Assembly: GCA_010909165.1 (NCBI GenBank)
Contig: MU008172.1
Coordinates: 372,001 to 436,000, forward strand
Direction of reading: 5' to 3'
Source of the DNA: Anthoceros angustus
Taxonomy: Eukaryota; Plantae; Anthocerotophyta
Length of the DNA: 64,000 nucleotides
The notes under the pieces were generated by a model. That model worked only from the letters and a program-made list of their open reading frames with translations, was not told where the DNA came from and did no database searches. The position numbers were made by a program, and so were the translations under genes. This document shows positions 50,960 through 63,666 of the stretch, piece by piece. Position 1 is the stretch's first letter; every line of letters begins with the position of its first letter.

Positions 50960-52588
50960 TCACCGCTTTCCACACGGTGACAAACAGACTAGCATGGACG
51001 CCTCCAGTCCAGATTGCAAGTCCTTCATCCGGGTGGGCACATCTGAATATCCCAGCCAGCGATGTAAGGTTTCCTTGACTTGTAACACTAAGAGACACAG
51101 TGAGGACTTTTCACCACTCACCTTGTGTACTTGACGAGCAACACTTTTGGCCGACCGTAATCTGGAGCCATGGAAGCAAATTGATGCTAACAAGTTTCCA
51201 CCAACAAGAAGAAGTGGCAAACTCAGCCAAGTAAGATCCAGCAGCTTGATTCTGTGCCCCCAGTGAGAGGCAACGGGAGGATAGTACAATGGAACCTCTC
51301 CTGCCTCTCCAACCCTTCTAGCCAGATTCTTTATGACCAGCAGTAATCCTTCTGCCTGCCTACCTTCCCGCAACAGTGCTAAACAGTTACCTGGCGTCAA
51401 GCTCGACAGCCATCCATTTTCTGAACCCCACAGATATGTTTGTCTCAATGTCTTCTCTAGAGCTCTGCCGACTTCTACCTCAAGCCTCCCATCAGACCGA
51501 ACGAAAAACAACAAAATGTTGTTACCATCTGATTCCGTGTCCATCTTCCAGAAGCTAAACAACATTTGGGCAAACGACTTGGCTGAAAGAGACGGATTGC
51601 CTATGGCTTCTACTGTCACCAATGTGACCTCTGTTCCTGTGTTGTACCGCAATGCATGAAGAACAGAGTTGATATGCTCCACAACAGCTCCGCTCATTAA
51701 GCCTGCTTGATCTGACACCCAGCACCCCCATTCTCGAGGATCTGGGATTTCGTAGACCGAGTTATAGGCAGCTGCTCTTGCTAGGGTGAGGTCCACTAGG
51801 TAAGCCACATGCTCCATTGATTCCGCGTTGCTGTGCAAAGCAGTTTCAACGTCTGGATCAAACTCTGCTGATCGCCTGTCATGAACTGGCAATCCAGGAG
51901 GGGGAGAACTCTCCGGAAGAGTGCGCCCCTCTCCAGAAAGCCGCGTCCGGATCTGAGTCAAAGAAGGATGCGGAATTAGTGAGACGTCAGGTGAATCCAC
52001 TGGCAGCTTGTGCTTGCCCACCATCGCCATGCTCATGCCGATTCCCAGCATAAGAGACACAGCTGCGGTGACCAAGGCAGCACCGATCGTCCCTTTCCTG
52101 CCACTGCCTGTTCCCCTCTGTGTCACACCCACTCCCTGCACAATGTGCACATCCTCTACTAACCAGCTGGCCCCATTAGCTGGACCGGCAGATGCAGAAC
52201 TGGTGAAGTTGGAGTGGAACCAGGTAGTGCTACTCGATCCTTGTTGGTGCCCAATTTGATCCCTCCGGTGCGACGATCCAGCCGATCTGAAGGGACTATA
52301 GTACGAGAGCAAGGATCTGCGCCGGTTCTTAACCACCAGTCTCCTGTGCATCTGATTCTGCATCCTCATCCTTTCTTGCCTCCGCCTTCTCCACGAACAT
52401 CCTGACTTGTCCACGTCTTGAAATTCGTCACCTGGATGCTGCTGCGATGCACAAGCCTGCGGATTGCCCCAAGCCTTTCCACGTCTCACACTCACCTTGC
52501 TCAATAGTCTGATTCTCACCACCCCTGAGCTTGGGGCACAGGGCCCGGACCCCGATCCCAGATCGTAGTGCACGCTCCAAGTTGCCAT
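50960..52588 (-). CDS. TPM-domain (TLP18.3/Psb32/MOLO-1, YgcG-like) membrane protein with a transit-peptide-like N-terminus; 3' exon structure uncertain
   Basis: WVSDQAGLMS...INSVLHALRYNTGTEVTLVTV...FAQMLFSFWKM...NNILLFFVRSDGRLEVEVGRALE, flanked by hydrophobic segments; possible intron donor gtgagt near 51121. Confidence 0.75.
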   Translation of the reverse strand: MATWSVHYDLGSGSGPCAPSSGVVRIRLLSKVSVRRGKAWGNPQACASQQHPGDEFQDVDKSGCSWRRRRQERMRMQNQMHRRLVVKNRRRSLLSYYSPFRSAGSSHRRDQIGHQQGSSSTTWFHSNFTSSASAGPANGASWLVEDVHIVQGVGVTQRGTGSGRKGTIGAALVTAAVSLMLGIGMSMAMVGKHKLPVDSPDVSLIPHPSLTQIRTRLSGEGRTLPESSPPPGLPVHDRRSAEFDPDVETALHSNAESMEHVAYLVDLTLARAAAYNSVYEIPDPREWGCWVSDQAGLMSGAVVEHINSVLHALRYNTGTEVTLVTVEAIGNPSLSAKSFAQMLFSFWKMDTESDGNNILLFFVRSDGRLEVEVGRALEKTLRQTYLWGSENGWLSSLTPGNCLALLREGRQAEGLLLVIKNLARRVGEAGEVPLYYPPVASHWGHRIKLLDLTWLSLPLLLVGGNLLASICFHGSRLRSAKSVARQVHKVSGEKSSLCLLVLQVKETLHRWLGYSDVPTRMKDLQSGLEASMLVCLSPCGKR

Positions 52589-55500
52589 CCTCGGATTGAG
52601 CTCAACTGCCCACCAACATTCTGGCCGGCAGCTGTGACAGTCACCCTTACACTCTCACTGGATGCCGTCAGGTAGCTCTCAGCCGGCCATTTGGACGGAT
52701 GCCATCGAACATTGCAAGTCAGTGGATGGTTCTGGATAATATTCATGTAGCTCCATCCAACAAGCCGAGGAACGACATCAGAGAAGAACTAAAATTCTAC
52801 TCCACTCAGAGAAATGTAGCAATTGGTGGACAGTTGGCAGCAGGCACTGGCAGACTGGTGCCGGATAACACTGGCTCATCGGACCGTGCACCTCCACCTT
52901 CTCTGTGGCTTTCCTTTGTTCAACGTTTCTGGCTCGGCTTCAAAGGTCCAGACTTGGTTGGGAGTCGGACTCGCACCTTGGTTGGGGTAGGTGGCTGACA
53001 GGTGGCGACCGCATCCCACCCACTTGTGGGTCCCATCTAACAAGTGTTCCAGGGCGCTCTTCCCCTCCGAGTCCATATCATCCAAGTCAGGTCTATGATA
53101 GACCGGTTTTGGAGGGTACTTCTTGTTTCCAGGGTTGGAGCCTTGGAGGGGCCTCCCGTGCTCCTTTTTGTTGCGCGAATTTGATCCCCTGACTTCTGGT
53201 TGATGTAGCGCAGCAACCCTTTCCCCTCCGCCCTTTCTGCCATTCCCAAGCTTCCACAGGCATACAGGCGGTCCTCATCAGGAACAAGTCCTTCAACCTT
53301 CGCTATATGACTCCATTATCCTCCAACGTCCCAGGAAGGGGCAAAGCAACCGATGGCTCGTTTTGGCCCCAAAGTGACCGAGCGACTCAAAACGAGAATT
53401 TGGCCTCCTTTCTTGTCCACTACTATAATTTTACCCTGATTTGGACACGGAGACCCTTGAGCCATTGTATCTCATGCTTTGCTGCGCATTTCAAGATTTT
53501 CAGCGCAAAAGACAAGCATGAGCAAGACCTGGAGTTGGCCCCTCGATTGAAGATTCTAATTGATGCGTTTCAACCCGACACGAGATTCCTGATTTATGTA
53601 TGGTTTGCGACGGCTTTGAAGCTCCCCTACCGCGGGCTCTCTTGTTCACCCGCTCCTACCCAGTCATCATAAACGCACCACAAGAAAATGTCGATCCTCC
53701 GGTCAGTTTGACCGGTGGTTGCCGGGCTTTTAAAAAACCCATGGTCAGCGAGAGTCGAAATGTGACACTTGAATGGCACTTGCGCTTAGGTGTCCAAAAC
53801 ATGGTACATGGAAAAACTCACACTTCATACATGAAAGGGAAGAGAAAGAAGGTGAAGGTAAACTTTTGGTGAATTTGACCGAGTGTTGATCGAGAGGACT
53901 TGAAAGGCCCAATGAACCAGACATCAAAGATCATATGTTAGAACCCTTGCTGAAGATTTCTCCCCTTGGGTTGTTTTGATTTATTTTTAAAATACCAAAT
54001 TAAAAAAAATCAAAGATCATATATGAGGCGGGCCCCGCTGCCCTTTGTACTATATGAAGCCTAACGCGAATCAGAAAGTTAACCCTTAAGTGACCAGGCT
54101 ATTTTTTGGATTTGTTTTTAGGCTAAATGTTTTCATTTTCCTTGCCCAATCTATATACAACTCTTTTTTTTGGGCTCCATGAAAATTTATGTCTTCTGTC
54201 CTCCCTTCAAGAGTGACACCGTACTCAAAAGTTCAACAGACCTCTATGGTTAAGCAACCCTCTGGGGCGGATCATTCCTAGGAGAAGGTACCTCCCACTC
54301 TCGATTACTGTGGTCCTTGTAGGCCTGTCTGTTCTGGAACTCTTCGGGGCCGACCTGCCTTGAGGAATGACATTGTATCCAAGAGTTCATTGGAACTCCG
54401 TAATTAAGCAACCCTGCAGTTGCATCACTACTAGGATGGGTTACTTCCCATTCCTTGTGGCCCTTGGTGGCCCACTTGTTGTGTGCTTTGCTTCATAATG
54501 ACAAGGTGGTTCTCCTCTTCCTTTCCATGTCGTTTGAAAAATTTTCTGCTCCTTCACTATGCTCCCCCTTTTTTTCGAGTCAGTTCACGAAGGCATAGAC
54601 GCTTGAGTAGGCAAGAGTGTCTTTGTTTGGTTCCAGCTCATCTTACCTCAAACATTTGAGCTAAATTTATCCGCAATGAAAGACATGGTCATGTGCACCC
54701 TCGAAAAAAAAGAAGCATCATTCGAGCCTTCTACTATGTCCAAACCATTTTCCATGTACTAAACATGTTTTGAGCAAAAAACTAGAGCTTGGGAAGCATG
54801 CTTGAAAAGCACATTGTAAAATATGTCTGGTCAATGTCCTATAGATGCTCACAGCTATGCACATTTTTTTCAGTGTCAAATCTCGCATGTTGCACATCCC
54901 TCTTGCAACTCCGGTCAAAGGTCTTAGAGCCAATGGCCGTGCGGGAAAAAACCACGTATCTCAAATATAACGAATCCAAACTCGGCAGACTTCTGAGGCA
55001 TCCTGAACGAAGACGAATCTAGACGATATGTTGATATATTACTTAAATAATGAGTAAATACAAAACAAGCTAGTAGCACAAACAGAAATTTATGTAACAA
55101 GGGGTGTGAGCACTAGACAAGATGCATCACACTACATGCACAACCAAATAATAAAGCCTACCTCTGACAATGAAGCTTGTTGAAGACTTTTAGATGAAGT
55201 TTTTGAAAGTTGAGGACTTCTTACAAAGTTTTTTTAGTGTTGCCTAGTTTGATCTAAGGAAAATATACAATACAAAAAACTCCCGAGAAAATGAAGCTTT
55301 AGATCCCTATTTAACCTTAAAGGACGAAGAAGCAACTCATTTTGAGTTGTTTTGGGTGCGTTATGCCAGCTTTGATTTTTTAGCACCGCTTGAAGAGCTC
55401 AGACCTTAGAACAAAGGTATCGGGCACTGTAAGGACCAAGCTCATTTTTGGAACAGCAAAGTTGGATACCATCTTCAAGCCCATCTAAGAGGTGGATAAT

Positions 55501-55614
55501 TCTACCACCTCTAGGTAGCTTGGTTGGCCCATTTTTGTGTTTGGAAAATCCCAAACAGCATTCTTGGATAGAGGCTGAATTTTTTGGTGGATGTCCATGA
55601 TGGTGTCATGTAGT

Positions 55615-55905
55615 TATGGTGAAGTTTGCTCAAATGTCATTTTTTCGTAACATGGAAATCCCATAGTCCATGGTCAAGCTTGCTCAAATGTCGTTTTTTT
55701 GTAATAAGGAAATCCCACAGACCATGGTCAAGCTTGCTCAAATATCGTTTTTTCGTAAGTGTAGCATGGAAGTCCCACATGCCATGGTCAAGTTTGCTCA
55801 AATATCGTTTTTTCGTAAGTGTAACATGGAAGTCCCACAGAACCATGGTCAAGTTTGCTCAAATGTGGTTTTTTCGTAACATGGGCGTTTTTTCGTAACA
55901 TGGAA
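55615..55905. repeat. 54-61-bp tandem repeat, 5 copies, in a TE-like AT-rich block
   Basis: atggtcaag(c/t)ttgctcaaat core recurs at ~55616, 55670, 55724, 55784 and 55845. Confidence 0.85.
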
Positions 55906-56101
55906 GGCCCGCTAACCCACACTATCTCGAAATTGTTGGAAGAGACATGAATAGCCTCTCTTTTTTTCTCATTAGATAAGAGGGTGGAACTCACCATGCT
56001 AGTAATTATACATATGAGAACATAGACATCACATTTTTTTATTCAATTAATTATACTAAAATATGACTAAATCACCCAAGAAACCCGATAATGCAGGAAA
56101 C

Positions 56102-56897
56102 TGTTAGATCAGACAAACTTAACAAGAACGGAGATTTTATTGAGGTGAAAAAACGATGGGAAAAGCCCATCTAGGAGGGGACAACCAAAGGGGACCAAGG
56201 GGTCAAGGTGAAGAGGAGCAACTAAGCTTAACCAGGTACTAAAATAGTATAAGTAGTAACACCCCCTTTTTAGGGAGGTGGGGCAGTCACACAGTTAGTG
56301 ACAAAAACATCACCAGACACCAGCACTAGGCCTCCAAGTAGCCCGCCGTCCTTCCACGGGAAGGCTCGCTGTGCTGCGCTATTTATTCCAGCAAGAGTCA
56401 ACAAGAATACATGAGAGATCAGAGAGAGCTCCTTATCTTTGCCTAAGCTAGGAGCTTAGCTCTCTCCCCTCGATCTCCTCCTCAACAGCTCTCCTCTAGC
56501 AGGCTCACACTCTAGGCTCCCAAGGCCTCTAGGCTCCAAAGTCCTATCCTCACAACAGTGTAGCTCCCAAGTGCTAGGATCCTTCTAGACATGCTCACAC
56601 TCCAGGCTCCCAAGGCCTCTAGGCACCAAAGTCCTATCCTCAAGAGTGTAGCTCCCCATGCTAGGATCACAAGATGCTTCTCTAGGGCTAGCCTCATCTC
56701 CTTATATAAGGAGGCTTACATCATTTCCAAAGTAACTGCTTAAAGCAAATTTTCTTCCTTAAGCCCTAAGCTAAGTCTTACCACCACTACTTACAACTTA
56801 CTAACTAGATCCAGGGCTGCATGCTTCTCATGCAAGGCTTATTACTTAAGTAGTTATAGTTATTATAATTTATCTTTTATTATATAATTAAACAACA
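56102..56897 (-). mobile_element. LTR-like segment with an internal ~90-bp direct repeat
   Basis: tgtt...aaca termini; repeat gctcacactc..ggctcccaaggcctctagg..ccaaagtcctatcctca at ~56503 and ~56593; tatataag box; no TSD found. Confidence 0.4.
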
Positions 56898-57066
56898 AAA
56901 TGTTACAGCACGGCACGTTCCATAGGTTTTTCAGTTCAAGCGATGTGCACCTTTCAGTTCAAGCGATGTACACTGCCTACATTAGCCGTCCTCCTAAGGG
57001 TTTTCTTCCTCTCGTGGGTAGATGGGTTTCCATCTCTTTTTCATAATAAAGTCTCCTGTTCCCCAT

Positions 57067-57119
57067 TAGCTGTCTACGTGTCTACAGTAGCTGTCTACGT
57101 GTCTACAGTAGCTGTCTAC
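57067..57119. repeat. 21-bp tandem repeat, about 2.5 copies
   Basis: tagctgtctacgtgtctacag. Confidence 0.85.
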
Positions 57120-57210
57120 TGTAACGCCAATTAGATAAAAGATAACTGCGTCAATGTTGCCAATGTGGCCATTCGACTGTTCGCAGGAGTGATCCATATA
57201 GTCTTAACAC

Positions 57211-60200
57211 CTAAACTGTCGTGGCAATCTCTGTGCTTGCCGGCTTTTTTGATCCGGTCCCATTCCTAGTTGCTCTTTTCTGTGCTTGCATCTTGCTTGG
57301 TGGAAGGTGCAGTCTGCTAACCAAAGGCTTTGGAGCCCTTGTGATCCTGTCAAAACCTCGTACACAAACGCACGCTGCATTTGTACAGAAACATCCAGTG
57401 AGCAGGTTTACGAGCTGGCCGGGTAACCAATTCCACAATTTTCAAAGCACCAAATAGAGAGAGAAACCGCAATTGTTTTGCAGCATTACCTGACCAACCA
57501 CATTCTCGAATCTCTTCCATGGTCATCCCTGTGACATAGCAGGAGCTTGAGATTCATTGGGGCTAACAACTACTATAGGTTGCTGCCAAGAACCACAAGG
57601 CAACTGGACAAGCCATGCTTGAGCACAGTGTCACTGTTCAGTTGGGGAGACATACCTCTGTAGATGTTTGTGGCCGTTGTTCCAAAGAAGACCTTCTGCC
57701 GTTTCAAACTCCATAGCCAGCCTCTTGGCACTACGAGGGGGTCAATACTACTCCTGTGATCCGCAAAAACCTGGACCATACCACAGGTATAAGATTTGAG
57801 ATAACTTTCAACAAATCAACACCAGCTGAACCTCAGATGCCCACTGAGTTTAAAAGTGCAGGTACTACCTCGTTCTTCTGGAAGTACGTCCCATTCAAGG
57901 GGAAGGTGCCTCTCATAGCTGTTCTGCAAGGTATCTGTCATGAGCAACAGATGAGTGTGAAGAACTATGACTTCCTTTCGTGTGGAACGGGAATGACTTA
58001 TCAGGTCCAACCCAACGTAGGAGGAACTTAACGTCAAAAAGTATTATTGCAGACCCTCACCAGTAGTGTTCCTCTCACAGTCTCTGGGTCCTCCACAGTG
58101 TCAGGTTGAGATGACTTCTCACGACCAAGGGTGCTTGACAGGAACTGTGAGCCTTCTCCTGCAAAATCCAGTTTGTGCATTCAAGCTTACACTGTGCTGT
58201 CCTTTCAGGCAGTTGTATCTTCTGGGTTGCCTAGATGAAAGCTGTACCTGGGCTCCAAATTGCCAGCTGATAGTAATAAGGATCAGCCCCTTCCCTTGGT
58301 TCGACCTGAGAAGACAAGAGTCCTGAACTCAGCACAGTAATAAAATGTTGCATTCCCACTGTTGAATGCTGATACTCAATGCATAGGGGCTAATGCTGAT
58401 TTACCTCTCTCAACAATGGATGATCGTCCGGAAGTACATACCTGCAACCACACAATAAAGATAGTGGCTGGTTGATCAGCAGGATGCTAAAGTGCGGTAA
58501 GCAAACATATCAAGGTACATAGGTTTGAGATCTTACACATCATGAGTTGTTCTCAGTCTCTCTTGTCTCTTTAGTGGTGTCGGTGACCGTGAAGCCATTT
58601 CCGGAGGGATTAGAACTAGCTCTCTGGACGATGAACTACCAAGTGGCAGGTCGTATGATATGGCATCGCCTCCGTTTGTCGTAAACTCTGGAGAGGCAGC
58701 TAAACAATCCCCGCAGTTGTTGGGAGCTGAACACTCCCCACAGTTATTAGGAGCTGAACAATTCCCACAGTTGTTGGGAGCTGAACAACCCCCACAGTTG
58801 TTGGGAGCTGAACAACCCCCACAGTTGTTGGGAGGACCACAAGTTGATTCTCTAGAGTCTAGCTTCCTGCCCAAGCTTGACAAGTGAGCAAGCTCATCCG
58901 TAGGGACCCGGCGATACTGGCTATATTCGTGCATCACCTCTTGATGGGCAGGTGTATCTAGATTCAGGAGGCCGGGCGCTCCAAAGATATTCTGAGATGA
59001 ATGTGGTCCAGCTTGATATGATGTAGAAACTTCCTGATAATAATAATTCTCTATATCGGAGCAGTATGCCTCTTGAACATTAGGCTCAGGCGAGTTAGGT
59101 TCTTCAATGATAGGCTGGCAAGCGGATGACTGGAGATCCACTTTTGAACCTTCCAGAGGAAATCTTGGAGTCATATCTTCTGGACCTGTTTCTGGTGCCT
59201 CCAGTTGCAGGAGTGCACCTCCGTTCCCAGTGGCCTCAGGTCCTTTCAGCAGAAGCCTGGCGCTGTTCACAAGGAACTAGCAGCATTTAGTATTTACAGT
59301 TGGGACCCATACAGCAACACGACTCTTGTGGAAGTTAGGAACTGACCTGGCAGAGCTTTGGTAATGCTGGCATTGGTCTCTCATTGGACAAGCTTGACAA
59401 TTCGGTTTACTTTTAGTGCAGAAAACCTGCATGGTCAGTACTTCTTGAGTTCAGTGTGACCTATCAGCTGTGATCCAAACTGAATAAAAAACTTAGGAGA
59501 GCTATACGTAGTTGACTGGCAGTAAGAACAGATGGGTGAGAAGAAGCAGAGAGAGAATTTACCTTACCGAAGGTGATCATCTGATAATGGAGTTCATATC
59601 TGCATAAGTTACCCCTCAAAAGTCATTGCCCTTCGCAAGCAACAGGATAGGGTCTGAACTATCCAGGTCTCCAGGAGACTTTTGTCAGAAGAGATAACAA
59701 GAGGCAAGAGAAGCGTACAGAGTTTTTTGATCCAGTGAACACAGCCTTGGCCACAAATATTGCTGTATAGTTGCCTGAACCGGATATCTGCAGATAAAAG
59801 AACTTTCTGTAAACAAGAGAGGATGTAGATGGCTTTCGAAGGACACTAGCCAGACAATAGTCTCTCAAGTCTTTGGAGAGGAAAACGTACAGCTCCAGGA
59901 GATGCAACTGAAGTTCCTCTGGTAAAGGTTCTAGAGGCACCCAACCAAGCCTCACAACTATCCTCCCAACATTTGTGTCGACCTGCCACATTAATCATGG
60001 CATTGCTGAAACAACAGGCATGGAAGGATACATAAAGGTGAACTCAAACAGCCAATGCCTACTCACTGGAAATGCGAGATGGTGGAGAGTCAACAAGCGG
60101 ATGCACTCCACACTTTTGAGTCCTAATCCATGGATGCTGAGGAGAAAATCCCTGCATGCCAAACACCAGAACAAAAGTGTCAACCAAGTGTAGCTAAATT

Positions 60201-63200
60201 TGGAAACGCAAATGAAGGAGCACAAGGGCTTACAGCCCAATGACATACTTGGCGATATCCGGTGGAAGATCTCTTAGCCACTCCAGGTCGATGGTCCCAC
60301 GATTTTGCTTGATGCAACTGAGGAAGTTCTGCAGGAGAAAGCACATCAAACAAGGTAGTTCTTGCAACATGAACCAACTTTGGAAAGCGCCTGATCAACA
60401 TCGAGATCATTCTCACTTACTTTGGCAATCAATATGGGTAGGTTCATGAGGAATGGCAACATAAAAACAAACAGCTCAAGCAATCAGTCACTTATAACAC
60501 TCTTGCTAGAAGGGAAGATGAGTTGGCTTACGTGTATTCTTCCAGACAACATATAATTCATTCCTCGTTCCCTGATTACTGATGCAACTTCTTGGACATC
60601 TGCCTTTAACACTGCTTCCCAATCAACAGCGTCTACTGGGGGATCTTTCCTAGGCACCTTTCCAGACGGTCGGGGAGGAATTATGTCTTTAACCAAGTCC
60701 CAATTAATTTCATTCTTCCTCCCTCCAGACATGGCCTCCATTTGTGCTCTCTGCGGCCCGGTTAAGCGAGGCTTCCTTGGTTTCTGTTTAGAAGTGTCAT
60801 GTTCAGCACCCTTCAGCAGAGTTGGTCCTCCATCAGAAACATTATCCCCCACAACTGTGAGAGTTTCGGACATGCTTGCTTTCTGCTCCGGGGAAATACT
60901 GGCAATTGGAACAGCCCCATAATCACATTCTGCATCAACAATCCTGCGATCCTGCATCCGTGCAGAATCTGCATCGTGGTGATCTTCTGAACTGGAAATA
61001 CAACAGAGTCCACTGCCATTATCCACATTAGCGGGCAGGTAGTCCCCGACCTCTATTGCATTGTCAGCATCTGCTTCCTGCTCAAGTTGCTTGTCAAATG
61101 CACCGTTCAACTGCTCACCAACTGTTTGTCTAGACGTGCAATCATTGCCTGCTTGACTAGGTCCACAAGCTGTACCTTGCCCACGGTCAGCAGCAGTATC
61201 CACGACCGCAGACGAGCTACACCGTCCATCATCCTCAGACCAGCTTGATACCAGCACCTCCGAGGACCTGGATGAATTGTCACAGGTGTGCTCGGGTGGA
61301 ATTTGCTGATCAGTACATGCCCTGTTGCGGGCAACATCCTCTTGATGCCGCAATTGCGAAGCGCTTTCCACCTGCAAAGTTGCAGTTGCTTCATGTGTTT
61401 CTATGCTCATCAAGCAACTGCAGCTACTCACCCTAACTCCTGCATCCTCCTGTCGTCTGCCTTGGCAACGACAGTGTTCTCCTTGCACAGGTCTGTTGAC
61501 TGAATTTGCAGTCAACGGCAGGGGACTGTCCAATGGACCGCCTGCGGGAATTCTAAATGACTGTAGGTAGTGGTAAACGGCTTTTCCCTGTTCCCTGCTC
61601 ATGGGATTACCAAAAGAATCAAGGCAACCGAAGTTGCCATTTGAGCGGTGAGGAACAGAGTACCCTATCTCTGCCCTGACCCGCTCCTGATCCTGCTCTT
61701 CCCTGATCCTATTCTCCTCGCTTCCCAGCAGTGGGTTCATAACTGGAGGCAACTGATGGCTTGCACAGCTTTCTTCATGCACACTGGAATCCGGAGTGCG
61801 ATCTGAAGCCAAATCCATGCAACTTGTGACGGAGCTGGGCCTCGTCACATCCATCCTGCAAGCATTGAGCTGGTCCTTGTCTCTGCCAGTCCCATGGAGA
61901 CAGCTAGTGTTTGCAGAGTCGGTTCGTCCATCGTCATCTATGTCACGAAGACTTCCTACAGGATATTTCGCCGCAAGGGCCATGAAGGCGCCACTGCAAT
62001 CCCAAAAGCACATGGAAACACGTTGGCACCTGCTGCTCCTCTATGAAAACAAATGCTGAAGACAAATGAGGCGGGAGCGAGCATACCTGGAAAGCTGATC
62101 AGACACGTTCTGCGTAAGGAATACGCCCACCACAGAATCCACAACTGAGCCCATCCAGGGACAGAATGTATGATCCCCTGCCAGCGGAGGAGAGAAGCGT
62201 AAGGACACCAGAGAGGAGGAGGAAGAGGAGGAGGAGCAGCAGGCAGAGGAAGAAACAGGATGTGAAAGTGCATACCTTGCACTTGGCCCACTCTACACAG
62301 AAACACGTCCACCAAGATTTTCATTTTAGCCCTCTCTCCTTCCCATTTCCTGGACTGGATGCCGTCCTCATCGATAGCCTGGACTTTGCCCATGAGGAAA
62401 TTCCAGCACTTGATCGTTTCTGCATCCAGCACAGTCTTGGCTCTGAACTTCTTCCTCTTGAGCTTGAGGTCTTGATACACGATCATGTCGGTGGCCCCGT
62501 TGTGGGGTACAATTGCCAGCCTGAGCCTGCTGTCATCATCCGTGCATCCAGAGGCCTCCGTAAGCTGCGGCTGGTCCACAGCCTGAGGAGCAAGCGCCAG
62601 CTGCAGATTGTGCGCAGGGGGCCTGCCAGCCTCCAGGCAGTGCTGCTGAGCCATGGCGTTGTGAGACTGGAGGTGGGCATCGTCGGGGAAGGCATTCCGC
62701 ACAGCCAGTGGAGAGGGAGAGATGGGGAGGATCCAGGGCTCCGGAGAGTCCGCATTGTGGAAAGGCTGGATGCTCTCGTCCGCATTGTGGAAAGGTTGGA
62801 TGCTCTCGTCCGCATTGTGGAAAGGCTGGATGCTCTCGTCCACGGTGCGGGCCGAGTGTGCGGAGCTGCGCCACACGGGACAGACCTGATTCCCTGTGCT
62901 GCTGTTGGCGGCATTGCGCTGGAAGGCGTTGGCAGTAACCACGACCTGCGACCAACTTTGGTACAGCCTACAGGAGTCACAGGTGCAGGAGTGCGGGTGC
63001 CCTGGCCCCGGTGCTTGCACCGTCACAGCTGCAGCAGCAGAAGAAGAAGCAGCTTTGGCCCTGCCCCTCCTGCGCGACGGCGCTGCCTGGCCCTCTGCCT
63101 TGCCCCTTCTCTTCCTCGCAGGCTTCTCCTTTTCCACGCTGTTGTCCACGAAGTTGCGAATGCGTTGCTCTGCTGGATCCACAGTCTCCTGCTCCGCAAC

Positions 63201-63631
63201 AGGCTGCTGCTGCTTCCTGGGCCTGCCTTGCCTCTTCCGCGGCTTGTCCGCAGCATCCGGCTTGGGCGGCGCGGCCTTCTTCACTCGCACCTTGCGCTCC
63301 TTGAACACCTTGGGCGTGTACTTTTTCCTGGGCTTGTGCTCCGGAGTGGGCTCGCTGTTGAGATCGAAGAGGCCGGGGCCATCCGCCTTGCTCCTTCGGC
63401 TCAAGGGGACGGGGACGGTGTCGGCCAAGGGAGCCTCCTGTAGCTGCTTCTGCTGCACCTGAAAGGAAATTGGCAGCACCACCTCCAGCTCCCGTTCTGA
63501 GAGCACCACCTCCAGCTCCCGTTCTGAGAGCACCACCTCCAGCTCTCGTTCTGAGAGGACCACCTCCAGCTCCCGTTCTGAGATTTGCAAGAGGGAGGAG
63601 GTGAAGGCGGGGGCCTGGGGAGTGGGGGCCC

Positions 63632-63666
<35 letters not shown>

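Noticed and set aside
52699-53300. Short ORFs upstream of the TPM gene
   Set aside because: Coding-like composition but no family, splice model or long frame could be supported
62166-63443. 425-aa plus-strand ORF
   Set aside because: Antisense shadow of the GC-rich, repetitive DME exon; no recognisable domain
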